A stretch of DNA of 64,000 bases, taken from contig CP075497.1 in the NCBI GenBank assembly GCA_021613535.1, positions 11,966,001 through 12,030,000 of the forward strand, in the 5' to 3' direction. The translations under genes were made by a program, and so were the position numbers. Below, one piece after another: positions 1 to 13,311 of this stretch. This stretch comes from Adineta vaga (Eukaryota > Animalia > Rotifera). The stretch's first letter is position 1; each line of letters begins with the position of its first letter. The notes beneath the pieces are model-generated. The model worked only from the letters and a program-made list of their open reading frames with translations, was not told the DNA's origin and did not search any database.

Positions 1-1286
1 GTACGAAAAGCAAATGGATGCATGACAATATCTTGTTCAATTTCACAAGCAACTTCGAATACTTCTAAAAGAATCAAAAATTTCTCGGTAAAATCATGAA
101 AAAAAACCAACAACGTCCATTGATCATGTGCAAAAGCAAAAAGAGAGTAACTATAGGTGAATTTACCTTCAGTGTGCATTTTGACATAACCACCGGTTAA
201 AAGAAGAAGAACGCCAGCCGTTTTAGGTGTACTACACAAACATATAGACAACGGACAAAATGCAAATAATAACAAAACATATAGACACACACAAAGCAGA
301 GACATCTTCTGACATCAAATCAGTTACCAAGTGAATGAGGTTCCATATCACCATCAGTTGCTAATAACATTACACCTGCTGTTTTCGGTAATCTTTTACA
401 AGAGAATAAAACTCCTTAGTTTGCCCCAAATAATAATAATCATAGCGAAAGAAGATTGTTGAAAAAACGAACTCATTTTACTTACGGTTTAGGTGATGTG
501 GTTAAAATTAAACCTGAACGATCAGTTTCACCAGCTAGAAAAACATAGATTCTAATATAAAGAAAAACTATTCTTTGAAAATAAATTACCTTCAAATTTT
601 TCCATATTGGCATAATGAACTTGTAAAACAAGATATTTGACTGATGTTGATCCACCAACTTTGAAAGCAACATCTAGAGAGAAAAAATAACACATCAATT
701 CATTTTCCTAAAGAGAAATTTCATACCTTTTGGTAATTCAGTTTTGTCAGCATCTAAAGCCCATGCATAAACAATTGTTGAGCCTGATTTACATGTTGGT
801 CCTGTTTCATAACGTTGTTTGGAATGACCATTTGAATGAGACATTTCACCACAATTCCTAATAGAAAAAAACTAATTTTCAATACTTTTCAATGCTTTAG
901 TTGATATTCTACCAGATTTTTTCATCACTGCCTGGTTCTGTACATCCAAAAAGTAAAATATGATGTGCATCTTTTGATGTTGCTGACGGATTAAAAGCCG
1001 CTAAATAATTCAACAACAACAAAAAAAAACAATATTTAATCAACTTAAAAATCAATACGAACTTATATAAGTCGGTTGATTTTCATCCATTGTATATGCT
1101 GTACATAAATAATCGTCAACCTAAAAGATTTGTCTCGAATTACTTGTAATGCCATACAAAAAATTAACTTACATGTTCAGCACGAGCATCAGGCATAAGG
1201 ATATTCAATGTATTTGCTGTGTCTTCGGCTGTTATCAATAAAATTAGTGAGGACAAACTAATGATGATGGATAAAAGATTAGCCAT
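1..1286 (-). CDS. PHM: Peptidylglycine alpha-hydroxylating monooxygenase (copper type II ascorbate-dependent monooxygenase), multi-exon, 3' end runs off the window
   Basis: Spliced translation gives a signal peptide (MANLLSIIISLSSLILLITAE), DDYLCT, the CuH motif DAHHILLFGC, IVYAWALDA, KYLVLQVHY and, at the window edge, MHPFAFRT. GT-AG introns throughout; ATG at 1286. Confidence 0.9.
167..231 (-). other. PHM alternative exon A (65 nt; TPKTAGVLLLLTGGYVKMHTE)
   Basis: AG acceptor and GT donor; same length and phases as the exon at 328-392. Confidence 0.75.
328..392 (-). other. PHM alternative exon B (65 nt; LPKTAGVMLLATDGDMEPHSL)
   Basis: AG acceptor and GT donor; phase 2 in, phase 1 out; open frame; paralogous to the exon at 167-231. 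Confidence 0.75.
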
Positions 1287-2860
1287 TTTTAACTCTTAAA
1301 CGAAGAAGAAGAAGAAAAAACAATCAAATGAGAAGAGTATTTTTAAACAAAACAAAACAAGAAAATATGAGTAATGCGCCACCATCAATCGAGTACTTCC
1401 AGAACGATCCTCATCAACATCATGGTTATTTCCCATTCGATAATAATTCCATTGCACTAGTATCGTGTTCCACTATAGTTGTCGTTACAAACACATCGTC
1501 GAAAGAAAAAGAACAGAAAAAATAGCTCGAAGCCAATTATTTCCTTTTTTTGTATAGTTGTCCTCAAAAGATAAAACTTAGATAAACTTTTCTTCTCATG
1601 TATTGTATCCATATCTATTCAATATAAGTAATTAAAGGCGAAGGACTAAGTACAATTAGTTTTCCATCAATTAGATATTTAGTAAAATAAATCGCATGTT
1701 GGTGAATCGTTTTTCAAAAGATTTAATTAAAAACTAGTAAATACATATAATATTTTTTTATAAAAAACCGTTTACCTACAATGGAAGTTTATTATTTTGA
1801 ATTTTTATCTATTTATCCCCAAGTATTGAACGTTAATATTCGGCCAATTAATAATAACAAAAGTAAAAGTTGTTTCAATAGAAATAGATTTACTTCAGTC
1901 ATTAGTAGTCAATCAGTATGTATATATTCATTGAATAAATTTGATTCTCAATGTCTTTTCCTCCCTTGAATAAATAATAAAACAAAATGTCAAAATTATG
2001 ATTTCTCTCCGAACGAAAAAACTTCGATGGATCTATTTACAAGAACACAGTGAAAATACTAAGTTATGTGTGTTGTGTGAATAACCAAATCGTCATTAAT
2101 TGTTTCAGCGATCAGAAGATGTCATATAAAGAAAATAACCATGGCCACACATACAGAAGTGTTTGACAATGATGAAACTACTTTAAACGAATCGTTAATA
2201 CTTATTTTGACAATTTTGTTGTTTTCAATTGATCGACTAACAAAAATCATATGAAAATAATTTTCTTCTAATTTATGAACAATTGATTGTTAACGATGAC
2301 CAGCGTCCTCGCTACTGTTTCGTTCTTCCTCTCTATCACGTCGCGTCTAGATACATTCCTCTTCATCTTTCTGCTCATGTAGTGCTCCAGATTTCTTTTT
2401 CGTTTTTGTTTTTCGAGAAAGAATGCTATCTTCGATGCCGTTCTTTCTCTCTTTTGCTTGTTCTTTTTGATATACATGCCTCTAGAGCTCTGCAGACAGG
2501 CTCACATTGATTAAGTAGAAATTTAAATACTAACGTTAAGTTTTTGCTCTTGGATAGAAAAATAAAGCTAATCTAAATAAAAGTTTGTAACCTCTTTGCG
2601 AGTTTGATTTGTTTTTTAGTGGATCTATAAAGTTTTGTTTAATGTCTGTATTGCGTCGAGTTTGTTCTATAAAAAATAGCCTCATTTTTGTTATATTTTT
2701 ATGTTCCAGTTCATAAAGAAAGCAGCTGACTTTATGACTCGAAGAAATTTAAAAAAATTCTGGTGATTCTAAAGGAACACACTATTTGGAAGCAGCTGTC
2801 TTTTCTCCCTAAGATATCGTTTCCTTAGAATCTCTAATTAATATTGTTTTATCGCGTGAG

Positions 2861-2883
2861 AAGAAGAAGAAGAAGAAGAAGAA
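2861..2883. repeat. (AAG)n microsatellite
   Basis: About 8 consecutive AAG units read directly. Confidence 0.9.
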
Positions 2884-4281
2884 ATATAATTGAGAAACAA
2901 ATCTCAATAAGTATAAATCGTAGTTTGCGTAATAAGATTCAATTCTTCCGATGTAGTAAACAATCTTTCGATAACTATTCTATGGCTCATCAACTTCAGA
3001 CCACTTGATTGACTTCCGATCATATGAATTCAAAAATTATAGAAAATTTTTTCCTTTTGAAATATAATTGACATTCAATGTTCTATTTGAATAGTCAATA
3101 TATATTTAATAAGTTTATCTTGTGTATTTGATTACGAAATTGAAAATGCATTGATTTCATTCTTTTATTATTATATCACGTAAGTTTATCACATGATTGA
3201 AAAATGAATAGGATAAGATTTTACATCATATACTTAGAAACAGTAGGAACATCGTGAATAATAACAATTATATATAAATTCATTTTTATTTTTCCTGTTC
3301 GAAAGTATTTATTAGCAAAAGCTGATGCAACGATTTTTTAGATTAATGTATTTCTTCGTTTCAATGGTAGACACACATGAAAACTAATCGCTTTTTCAAA
3401 TTATAATGAAAAGGAAAAAAGAAATCTTTCAACAACACTTTTAAACTCAAAATGATTGCGAAAGAGACGAAGAAATAAAAAGAGAGAACAAGAAAAAAGT
3501 GCTCGTTTGTTGCTCAACGATCAACATTTTGAAAGAAGAATAAACCTTTCCCGTCATCATCGATTCTCCTGATGTATTCTTCTTCTCCTTTCTTTCTCTC
3601 TCTTTCTCTCTCCGTCTCACTGTTCGAGTATAAAAACGAACGGTAAAAAAGAAAGAGAATTCATTAAAATTCAATCTCTTCGACAACGAACAATAAACAA
3701 GACCAAAGAAACAATGATGTAAAGGTGAGAAGAGAGAATAAAAGTAAATCGATACATAAAGCATTTCTATTTTGCTTTTCTCTCTCTCACTCTTCCCTTC
3801 AGAGTCCAACTAGGTTAATCATCATTCTTCTCTTTTTTTTCATTCAGATAATAAATCATTATTGATGAATGAAGATTCATATAGAATCACTTATGAAAGA
3901 AAATGCGATCAAGATGCGAAGAAAAATAGCAGCTGCTCTTTTTCCGATCATTTTGAACAGTGAAAAGAAAGCCCAGGCGTATAAAACTAAAAAGTAAAAG
4001 CATCAATAGATTCCTTTTCTTTTGAGAAAAAAAAACAGAGCGAATAAATCGATTTCTATTTTCTTTTATTCATGTAATGTTTTGGAGATGAGAAATTTGA
4101 TTATCTTATGGTAAGTTTTCTTAAATGGTACTCTTTGATAATAAATATCACATGCTAATTTATGATTGGAATGAGAATGTAAAATATTAATATTCTGTTT
4201 CATAATGAATAAAAGTGAGAGAAAAGAAATGGTTTTTAATTTTGATTTTAGATTAATTGTTTTGAATAGATGTAAATTCTA

Positions 4282-6571
4282 ATGTTTCCAATACGTCGAA
4301 TTAACACATTTATATCTCGAATATCTTTAACTGTTGTTCTACTTCTCACATCTGTTTTTATTTTATTTGGTTGTGCAAAATATCTTTATCGAACTAATCA
4401 TCAACAATTCGTACCAATTGAAAGACATATCATTAAAAAGCATGTTCATCAACATCAACATCAGGAGCATGAACATAATCATAATCCCAATCTTCAAGTT
4501 AGTCTTTAATATCCATTAAATTTAATCGAACTTTTCTTTTCTTTTCAATAGGAAGTCATTCAATTACATCTTGAACCAATTGAACAAATATCAACATTAG
4601 AAAAACGTCGTTTACTTCAACAAAATGATTCATCAATATCAGAAACAACGAAAATTGGAACAAAACCAATATCTGTTTTAGTTCATTTTGATTTAAAAGG
4701 TGCTGCACCAAAAATATCCTATTTTGAACAACTTTTCCCATTAATACGTAAATGGGGTGCAACAGGAATCTGTATGGAATACGAAGATACATTTCCATTC
4801 GAAGGAATTGTGAGTTCAATTAAACATAAACAAGCTTATACAAAAGACGATATCGAAAAAATTAATCGTCTAGCTAAAGAAAATCATTTAGAAGTTATGC
4901 CATTATTACAAACCTATGGTAAGTTATTTTATTCATTGATGTCAACTTGTTATCATAAAATATGTACGAAAGATTAAATACTTGGTAAACAGTAACATTT
5001 ACACATGAAAATGTCTTCATTTATTTACTAACCATGATAGAAACAAAGGAAAGAAAAAGAGTTTTACTATTTGATTTAAAATTTACGAGTAATGATGTAC
5101 GGTCAACAGATTAACATTGATAAAATGTTTCTTTATGTAACTTTTAAAGAAAAAGAAATTTTGTTATATAATCAGATTGAAACTAAACTAAATCCTTCTT
5201 TTTTCAAAGGACATCTGGAATTTTTATTAAAACTCAAAGAATTTAGTGATTTACGTGAAATTTCAAAATATCCTCAAGTAATAACTCCATGTACAAATAA
5301 AACATATCCAGTTTTATTTGCAATGATTGATCAATATCTTGCATTACATCCAGATATGCGTTTATTTCATATTGGTCATGATGAAGTTTATTATTTTCTT
5401 AGTCATCCTGAGTGTACAGAATTTCGTCGTATAACTGGTATTCAAACTCAATATGAATTATTTGCTTATCATCTTAGTATAATTGTCAATTATATTCGAG
5501 AAAAAAATCCAAATCTCTTGTTATTTGTTTGGCATGATGTCTTACAAAATTTAAATACAGAAACTTTACAAAAATATAAATTAATCAATACAGTTAATCC
5601 TGTTCTATGGTCTTATAGAGAAGATATGAGTGTTGAAGGATTTGTTAATGGACCACAAGCACATCTTTTTGGACAATTTCAAAGTTTATGGGGTGCATCT
5701 GCATTTAAAGGTTCAACAAATGAAATAGCGACTGTTAGTGATGTTCGACATCATTATGAAAGTAATAGACAAGAACGAGATGATTGACAATTGAATGATT
5801 AATTTATATTTTAGATCAAGTGTCATGGATTAAACAGTTAAAATCATATATTCCAACAAAATGGAGAAATTTTGATGGAATTATGATCACTGGCTGGTCA
5901 CGTTATGATCATTTTCTCTCATTATGTGAATTATTACCCTATTCTATTCCATCGTTAGCTTATTCTTTAGCTGCTTGGAAAGAACCATTCAAAAGTCTTC
6001 CATCTAAGGATATCTATGCAAATAAAGAATTACAAAATTATGTTCAAAAAGAACTTCAATGTTCATCAGCAATTCATTTGACTTCACATGAACATGCACT
6101 GAAACCAGCACCAAAGTATTTGTCGCCTTCAAATTCTATTCATCGTTCATTCTTTCAATTCTTTGTAGATGCAAATTTCCTGGTTATGATGTTTATGAAG
6201 CAATGCTCTCTTTACCAACACTTTGGAGTGAAGTTAAACAAGCTGAATCCTTTGTTGATAAATATGTTACAGATCTCCATGTGAAATATGAATATATTCA
6301 TCTAAAACGTGGTGAAGAATGTTTAGAGCAATTGAGACCAGCTGTTCTTCGACTGAAAAATTTTATTAAATCATTTCAAAAATCAATGGATGAAATATTT
6401 CCACCTCAAGTTGCGATTGAATGGTTAGAAACATATTTTATGAAACGCTATCGAACAGTTATTAAACGATATGAATTTATTCATCGTGCTATTCAAGAGC
6501 AGAAATCTTGGTTACCGAGACCTATACCTGATGTAGATAAACTTGATGAATATGAGAAAAATACCAGATAA
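4282..6571 (+). CDS. HEXD: Hexosaminidase D-like glycoside hydrolase family 20 protein with N-terminal membrane anchor, multi-exon
   Basis: [36 protein letters not shown], catalytic [15 protein letters not shown] and [16 protein letters not shown] motifs across ORFs 4282-6571, joined by GT-AG introns. Confidence 0.88.
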
Positions 6572-6784
6572 TGAATAGAAAAATAGCTTTGAAATTGTGA
6601 TAATATACCCGGTGAATTGTGTTTTTATTATTTATGTGTTATCTATTTGATTATGTTGATATGAACGTTGAGAGATGTGAGTGAGGATTTTTACATTTGT
6701 TTTTCATTTAAATCTATACTCACACGCTCATTCACCTACGAAAAATAAACAGTTAAGCGAATGGTAGAAAGAATGATAAAATCT

Positions 6785-6892
6785 TGAGGGTGTGGATGGG
6801 TGGATGTGCCAATTTTTTTCTCCTGATGTTGTCTTCGAGAACGATGATCATTCTGTGGAAATTTCATTGCTTGAGGATGGGTGTGGGTGTGT
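6785..6892 (+). repeat. Two degenerate telomere-like G-rich tracts (TGAGGGTGTGGATGGGTGGATGTG; TGAGGATGGGTGTGGGTGTGTG)
   Basis: Read directly; resemble TGTGGG/TGAGGG units in otherwise very AT-rich DNA. Confidence 0.35.
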
Positions 6893-7145
6893 GAAGATTT
6901 TTTTCTCTCGGTGACCCTCTGCAAAAACTACATCATTTGATAGAGAATTAAATTCTGCATCCAACACAACCTTTTCGAAGACCAGCACAAGTTTACAGGC
7001 TAATCTTGACAAAAAATACTCGAATATGGTGCTGACTTTAACTACGTGACTATCACGATATTTGTGGACGTTTTTTATTTGCAAACATTTTCACTGGTTA
7101 ACGTAATATTTTGGGCAGTAAACTTATCATATAGAGTGTGCCAAT

Positions 7146-7312
7146 AACCCAGCTGAATGAAAACGGAGTCGTTTACAATGCATTTTCGGAATGCAAACTG
7201 TAACAAAACGGTGACTTTACGGCCGAAAATGAACCGTTTTGTTTCGTAATCACGGGCACAGATTTACGGCATCGTAAAGGCCGTATACGGACCGCATCGT
7301 TCGACCTGGGTA
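7146..7312. mobile_element. Short non-autonomous element (MITE) with ACCCAG...CTGGGT termini
   Basis: GC-rich island with inverted ends. Its right end GACCTGGGTA is the reverse complement of TACCCAGGTC, which starts the element at 57487. Confidence 0.55.
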
Positions 7313-7329
7313 ACTACATGCAATAATTT

Positions 7330-7900
7330 TGAAGATTATAAAACTACAACATATGACAATGTTTCTTGTGAACAAAGTTTTGTGTTCGCGATCCTTGATG
7401 ATATAGATGAAGATGTGAAATTAAAAAAAGATGATAGTAATACAAATGAAGATTCACAATTAACTGCATTGAATAGTTCTTGCCATAAAGAAGGTTAGTT
7501 TTATTTGATTTTCGTAATATTGATAATATTTTCTGTTATTTTTTTAGATTCAAATTCAAACAGAGAAAGGGAAAAGGAAAATAAGTTGCACCTTGATGAT
7601 TCACAGGTAAGCTTCGCACTGCTAGTCACTAAATTGGCTATCTTCGTTCACTATTTAGATCGCGGATAATAACGACATTGAACAATTGTTAGAAATTCAA
7701 CGAAATGGAAAAAATAATCTTAAAAGTTTTGTAGAACAAATTTTAATTGTTAATATAAATATGGAGCAAATGGATACTCATATGGAAGAAATGAGTACTC
7801 GTATGAAAAATAATGGAAACACGAATGGAGAAAATGAACGTGAAATTAAAAGGTCTTGTTGAAGAACAGGAAGAAGCTGAACATGTTATGAAGATAGTTA
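7330..7900 (+). pseudogene. Fragment of an unknown acidic/coiled-coil gene (exon-like pieces)
   Basis: Coding-like segments bounded by GT/AG (donors near 7494 and 7607); no clear start, and the frame decays near 7820. Confidence 0.3.
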
Positions 7901-8498
7901 ATGAAAAAATCGGCGATCTGAAAAGAGATAAAAAGTAAAACTTACCTTTTCACAATAAGGAAACTCATTTTTTATTTCTTTTTTAAATATAAAAAATTCA
8001 GAAATAAAAAGCCGAACAGATTCAAAAGCAGAATTAATCAAGTAAGTCATGTCTAGGAGATTTCCCATCAAACTCTGCTTGGAATAAAAATCATTAACCC
8101 TTGGATTGCTTAGTAGAACTAGTGAAATCGATTTAACAATAACAAGAACAGATTTTTTCGATACCGTTGAAATATAGTATATCGAAGTTTGGTCATAGAA
8201 ATGTTTTATTATGATTATAAGTCTGAGTAGTGTAATCAATATTGAAAGAAAACATTTTAGTCTTTAGTTTTTCTCTACAAGCAATATAATAAATTGAACT
8301 GATTAAAAAAGTTATGAAAAAGCTTATTGTTATCATTATAGAAAATTAGCTTTTAAGTCCAAAAGAAATCCAACTGTTTGTTTTCCTTTTTTAGATTCGT
8401 CGTTAATGATCAGATTTTGGTTATTGTTTGTTTTTTTCAACAATAAATTCTTTTGTGGTAAACGAGTTATCCATCAACTCTTTATTTATTTCTAAATA

Positions 8499-8842
8499 CA
8501 GTAAAACCTCTCTATAGTGAACACTCTCGGGACCATTCAAAAGTGTCCACTGTAAAGAGGTGTGCACTATATAAAGGTGAGGTATTTTATAGAACAGCTC
8601 TTTCGAACACAGAGTAAATATGTTTTGTAGATACCTAAGGGTTCCTAGTGAACAATACAATATGCTACTGTGTATTCTTAGTTGTTATTACATGCATCTT
8701 TGCTCTCGATACCTTCATAGTTGTCAAAAATCGAGTCGTATTTCTCTTATGAACACTAATACGCTTTTCAAAAATCTTCATCCTATATAATTATATTCAA
8801 ATGTCCACTATATGGGAGTGTCCACTATGAGAGGTTCTACTG
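8499..8842. mobile_element. Tc1/mariner (pogo/Tigger-like) MITE
   Basis: TIR CAGTAAAACCTCTC / GAGAGGTTCTACTG flanked by TA on both sides (8497-8498, 8843-8844); internal GTGTCCACT repeats. Confidence 0.8.
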
Positions 8843-9571
8843 TATCTGAAAGGTCATGCCGGAATCATAGATTTTGTATTCGACTCTATGTTTTGTCAAA
8901 TACTACACAGATCTAAATGTGAAAACAAAAAAGATCATTCTGAAAGATATCATAAGAATTGAAGTGAGACACGTTCGTAAAAATAAAAATCATTCTGAAG
9001 ACATCTTATCTATCATACGGTATGTAAGTTTTTTGTCTCAACAATGTTATTTATGAAAAAGTGTAGAAAGTGAGCAACTAAGGCTTATTTGAATGAAATA
9101 AAAGCACTGATTAACAGCTACTCGTATTACAAAAGAGAAGCATTTTTGAAAACTCGAAAAATAGAGATAAGAATAAAAGATAGTAGATAATACGATGAAA
9201 TATCATATGTAGATAAAAATGAAAGATCATATGATGAGTCTTTCTCTTGTTCATATTGTCGATAACTCGCATACAATCTATTACACATATGAAGAAAGAT
9301 TATCAAAATACATATGGAAAAACAAACGAAAACATTGACACTCGACAAAAGTGAATTTGATAAATTTGAAGAAGAAAAAACAAACCGAGCACAAGAAAAC
9401 GAAAGAATCATATATAAATAAATCATCGTATAAAAATTGACTATGATTATAAGTTTGCGTTTTATTGATATGAAAAAAGAAACGAAAGTTAAAATAATAT
9501 AGATTTTATTTTTTCCCTTTTTTTCCATCCTAAAATGAATATAAAAAACAAAAAAGAGTTTAAAATGATAT

Positions 9572-12292
9572 TCAATTATGACATACCTTTGGATTTATAT
9601 GTAATTGTTGTTGAAGTCGATCAATTTTATCATTCTGTGATGTAATATGTTCATTCATCGATGCCAAATGTTCGGTCATTGTCACAATTTGTTCTTCATA
9701 GCCTTTAGTTGTCATTGATAATTCATCTTTCATCTTCGCTAATTCTACTTGTGATTGTTCAATTTCAGTTCGACATTTTGTTTCTTGATCTTTGGAATGT
9801 CTTAAACGTTGATGAATATTGGCTAACTAGAAAGTATATAGAGAATAAAGATGAGACGAAGAAGAGGAATGAAGATTTTGCTTACTTCATTATAAAATGC
9901 AATTCCTTTGCCATTAGCCAATTGTAGTTTTGTTTCTAAATCGAGGATTTTTTGTGAATAGTATTGTTTTATCATCATTTCACGTTCACTTGGTGGATCT
10001 GAACTTGTTCGAGCATCTCGTTGAAGATTTATTGTTGACTAAACAAAAATTATTTAGCATTTCTACTTCTCTCGATTATATTTACAGTAGTTGATGGAAT
10101 TGAAATAAGTTCATCTAATTGTTCATTTGTCGTCACTGTTTGATTGGTTTTATCTTTTAATTCTTCGATTTGTTTTGAATGATCATCACGCATTTTTTCA
10201 GATTTGATTTTTAATAATTGATATTCTAAACGCCAATGTTCTTTCTCTTGTTCAAGTGCACCAATTGTTTCTGCATTACAAAGAATCTTAATATGAAGAA
10301 AAATATTATAATGAATCGTGGAATTCATAGTCATTTTACTTGTTTTTTATGACTATCAATTAAATGTAGATGGGAATTGTCTGAGAAATCAATAAGATGA
10401 GCTTGATCTTGTTGTAACATTTCTTTTTGTCGTTTTTGAAGTTCAAAAAGATATGTTTGATTTTCTCGAAGTAAATGTGCGATCTAAATGAAATTTACAT
10501 CATTAGACAACAAAGAAACTAACGAATTCATTTACTTGTTGTTCAAGACTTGATAATTTTCTTAATGCTGCTAATATACATTCATCAGTTGTTGTTAGAT
10601 GTACTGGAGAAACAGTTAATTCATATTCTAAACATAATTTATCATTGTAATTTTTATCAAGATCTAAAGACAAAAAAAACGAGAATATTTGAAATTCAAA
10701 TGAGAATTAATTAAGCGTATACCACAATGAATAAGTGCACCGGCTTGAAATGCATTTAAGATTTCGGCAACTTTTGAATGAAGTTGATCAGCTGTATCGG
10801 GTAAGGATAAATCTAAGAAGAAGAAGAAAATATTTTCGCTAGTGTCTTCATGAAGTCGTATTAAGCTATATGTTTTACCGAATTGAATAATATCCGCACA
10901 TATTTCACGTAAATGAGATAAATTATTTGCCCATTGTTGAAATAATTGATTGAGCACATCATTTAAAATATCAATTTTTTCATAAATTTTTTCTTGATTA
11001 TTCGATGAAGAATTAACCTTTGGTTCATCACAAACACTATCAACAAGAATAAATCAAACTTTTCTATTCAAATCTATTTACCTTTTAATCGCAAGGGCAA
11101 GTACTTTTTCACATGATGAAACAAACATACTAAATAATTCGGCAAAACCTGTTGTATTATTATTCTCTAATAAACACTAAATAACAAAAAATAAAAATCA
11201 ATTTTAAACTTTCTTAATTGTCTACCTGTCCATCAAAAAGACGAAGTTTTAATTCGGTTAGAAAATTGTCTGCATGTTGTTGAAAAGCTTTCACTGTTTG
11301 AGCCATCTAAACAAGAAAAATCGTTTTGAATTAGATCAGAGACGAACGTATGAATTACTTTTTCATTATTTTCTGGAGAGCGATTATTATTTTTTAATCG
11401 TTCTTCAATATAAATTGTCAATTCTGTAAATGCATCTCGCCATGCGATTAAATATTTATATAAAAATATTTCAGGTTGAGGAGTTGGAGGTGATTCATTG
11501 ATAATCTTAGATGAACTATTTAAAATGGAACTGAAAGAAAAGAAATTTTGCGAAAAAAAAAGTGAAATATAAATACGAACGATTTGCGACTAATAGCAGT
11601 ACTGGATGGTTGATCAGTTAAATGTTGTTTAACTTGTTCATTAAGTAATTCATTTTCATGTTTGATTTGTTTTAATATTCGTTCATATTCATCTCGAGCA
11701 CGTTGATGACTTTCTTGCATTTCCGACATTTGATTTTGTAACTGTTCGATAACTGAACGATGACTTAATCGTTCATTTTCAGTGTCAGAAATTTGTTTTT
11801 CTAATTCATAAACCTCAATGGAAAAAAAGAACCTAGTCTCTATATTATAAGTAAGCAAGTGAAGTCTTACTCGACGATGCATTGATTCATATTGTTTGAT
11901 TTTTTGTTCAAGTTCTTGAGCAAGTATATTGTTATTAAACGGATTGTTTTGTGCTGTTTTATTGCTATTTGTTTTCTTTAATTTAGAGTTTGAATCATAT
12001 TCATTTAATTCATGTTGAAGAATTTCTAATCGAGATTGTAATTGGGTATTAAGAAATGTAAGAGTTTCAATTTCTTGTCCATTTCGTCTGATATTTTGGT
12101 CTCTACGATTAATATCTTCCTTTAAGAAGAAAATCATAATTAAAGATTAATCATCAATGGAAATTAAAGATTTACTTGAAATTGTTGATTTTTAGTTTGT
12201 TCATCAATAACAGCTTTCTTAAGAACTGTTACTTGTCCTCGAACTTTGGAGAATTCACTCGCTAATATTTGATATTTATTTTGTAAGTCCAT
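9572..12292 (-). CDS. PPP1R21: Protein phosphatase 1 regulatory subunit 21-like coiled-coil protein, multi-exon
   Basis: N-terminus MDLQNKYQILASEFSKVRGQVTVLKKAVIDEQ (KLRAQ-type motif) and C-terminal TTKGYEEQIVTMTEHLASMNE (TTKRSYEDQ-type motif). The 3' end is approximate. Confidence 0.8.
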
Positions 12293-12403
12293 TTCAACAT
12301 CTAAAACAAGAATTGTTTTTCTTTCTTTTCCAAACTAAATGAAACACAAACAACATCAAACAGAATGAGAACTAGAATATGAAATAAAAACGAAGAGATT
12401 TTA

Positions 12404-13311
12404 TTATAATGTTAAACTTTGTAAAGCTGATTCGATAATAGGAACAAGATCCGGAATTGCTTCACGATATTTTTGAATAATTTGTTCACGTGCCCATTGA
12501 ATTTGTTCGATAAAACCTTGATTTTCATTCGAATTTTGTGTTCGAGAATTTGATGATGAATTTTTCATTGCAAGATTGCTCGATGTTAATATAACACCAT
12601 ATAAAGCACGAATACTTGTTGGATTGATTTTCAATGTACTGAAATAATACGTTCGAGCTTTTTCATAATCACCTTGAGAATAACGAATGGAAGCATAACG
12701 TTCATGATTTAAATGATTATGTGGATTGATTAAAAGAAGTTCTTCAGCACAAAAAGCAGCTTTTATATATTCATGTTCCGAGAGATAAAGATCACATAAT
12801 TCACTCCATGCTTCTTGATCAGCCTTTTAAGAAGAAGAAGAAAAAGAAGAATCAATAAAAAACAAATTCAAAAAGATTTTACTTGATAAAGTTCTAAATA
12901 TGTATTTAATTCACTAATTGCTTCACGTATTTGATTTTGTTCTTTTAAAAGACTAATTTGTCTCTTTCGAACAATCGCATCTGTTTCATTATCTTCCAAT
13001 AAATTTGAATAAATTTCTTCGGCCCGTTCAAAATCTTGTATTGATTCGTGATACATTGCATCTAATGTTGTTACACGACGACTTGTTGTTTTAAATTGTT
13101 TTTCTAATTGATCAAGACATTGACGAGCAATTGATTGTTTTGAACAATTTAATGCTGATTTGAATATTTGTTCAAGTATTAACCATTTTTCATCACCTAA
13201 TGATGATAAATTACGTTTGGATAAAACATCTGTCCATAGATCAACAATTTCATCATGTGAACGATGATTTTCATCGCGATATTTACGAAGTTTTTCAATA
13301 GCTGATTGCAT
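12404..13311 (-). CDS. EMC2: ER membrane protein complex subunit 2 (TPR protein), two coding exons
   Basis: LGDEKWLILEQI, TSRRV, IVRKRQI, ELNTYLELYQ/ADQEAWSELCDLY, AAFCAEELLLINPHN and SIRALYG match EMC2/TTC35. Confidence 0.88.

Noticed and set aside
1328-3809. Several short ORFs upstream of PHM and HEXD
   Set aside because: Low-complexity AT/AG-rich translations, mostly with non-ATG starts; consistent with chance ORFs in promoter/UTR DNA.
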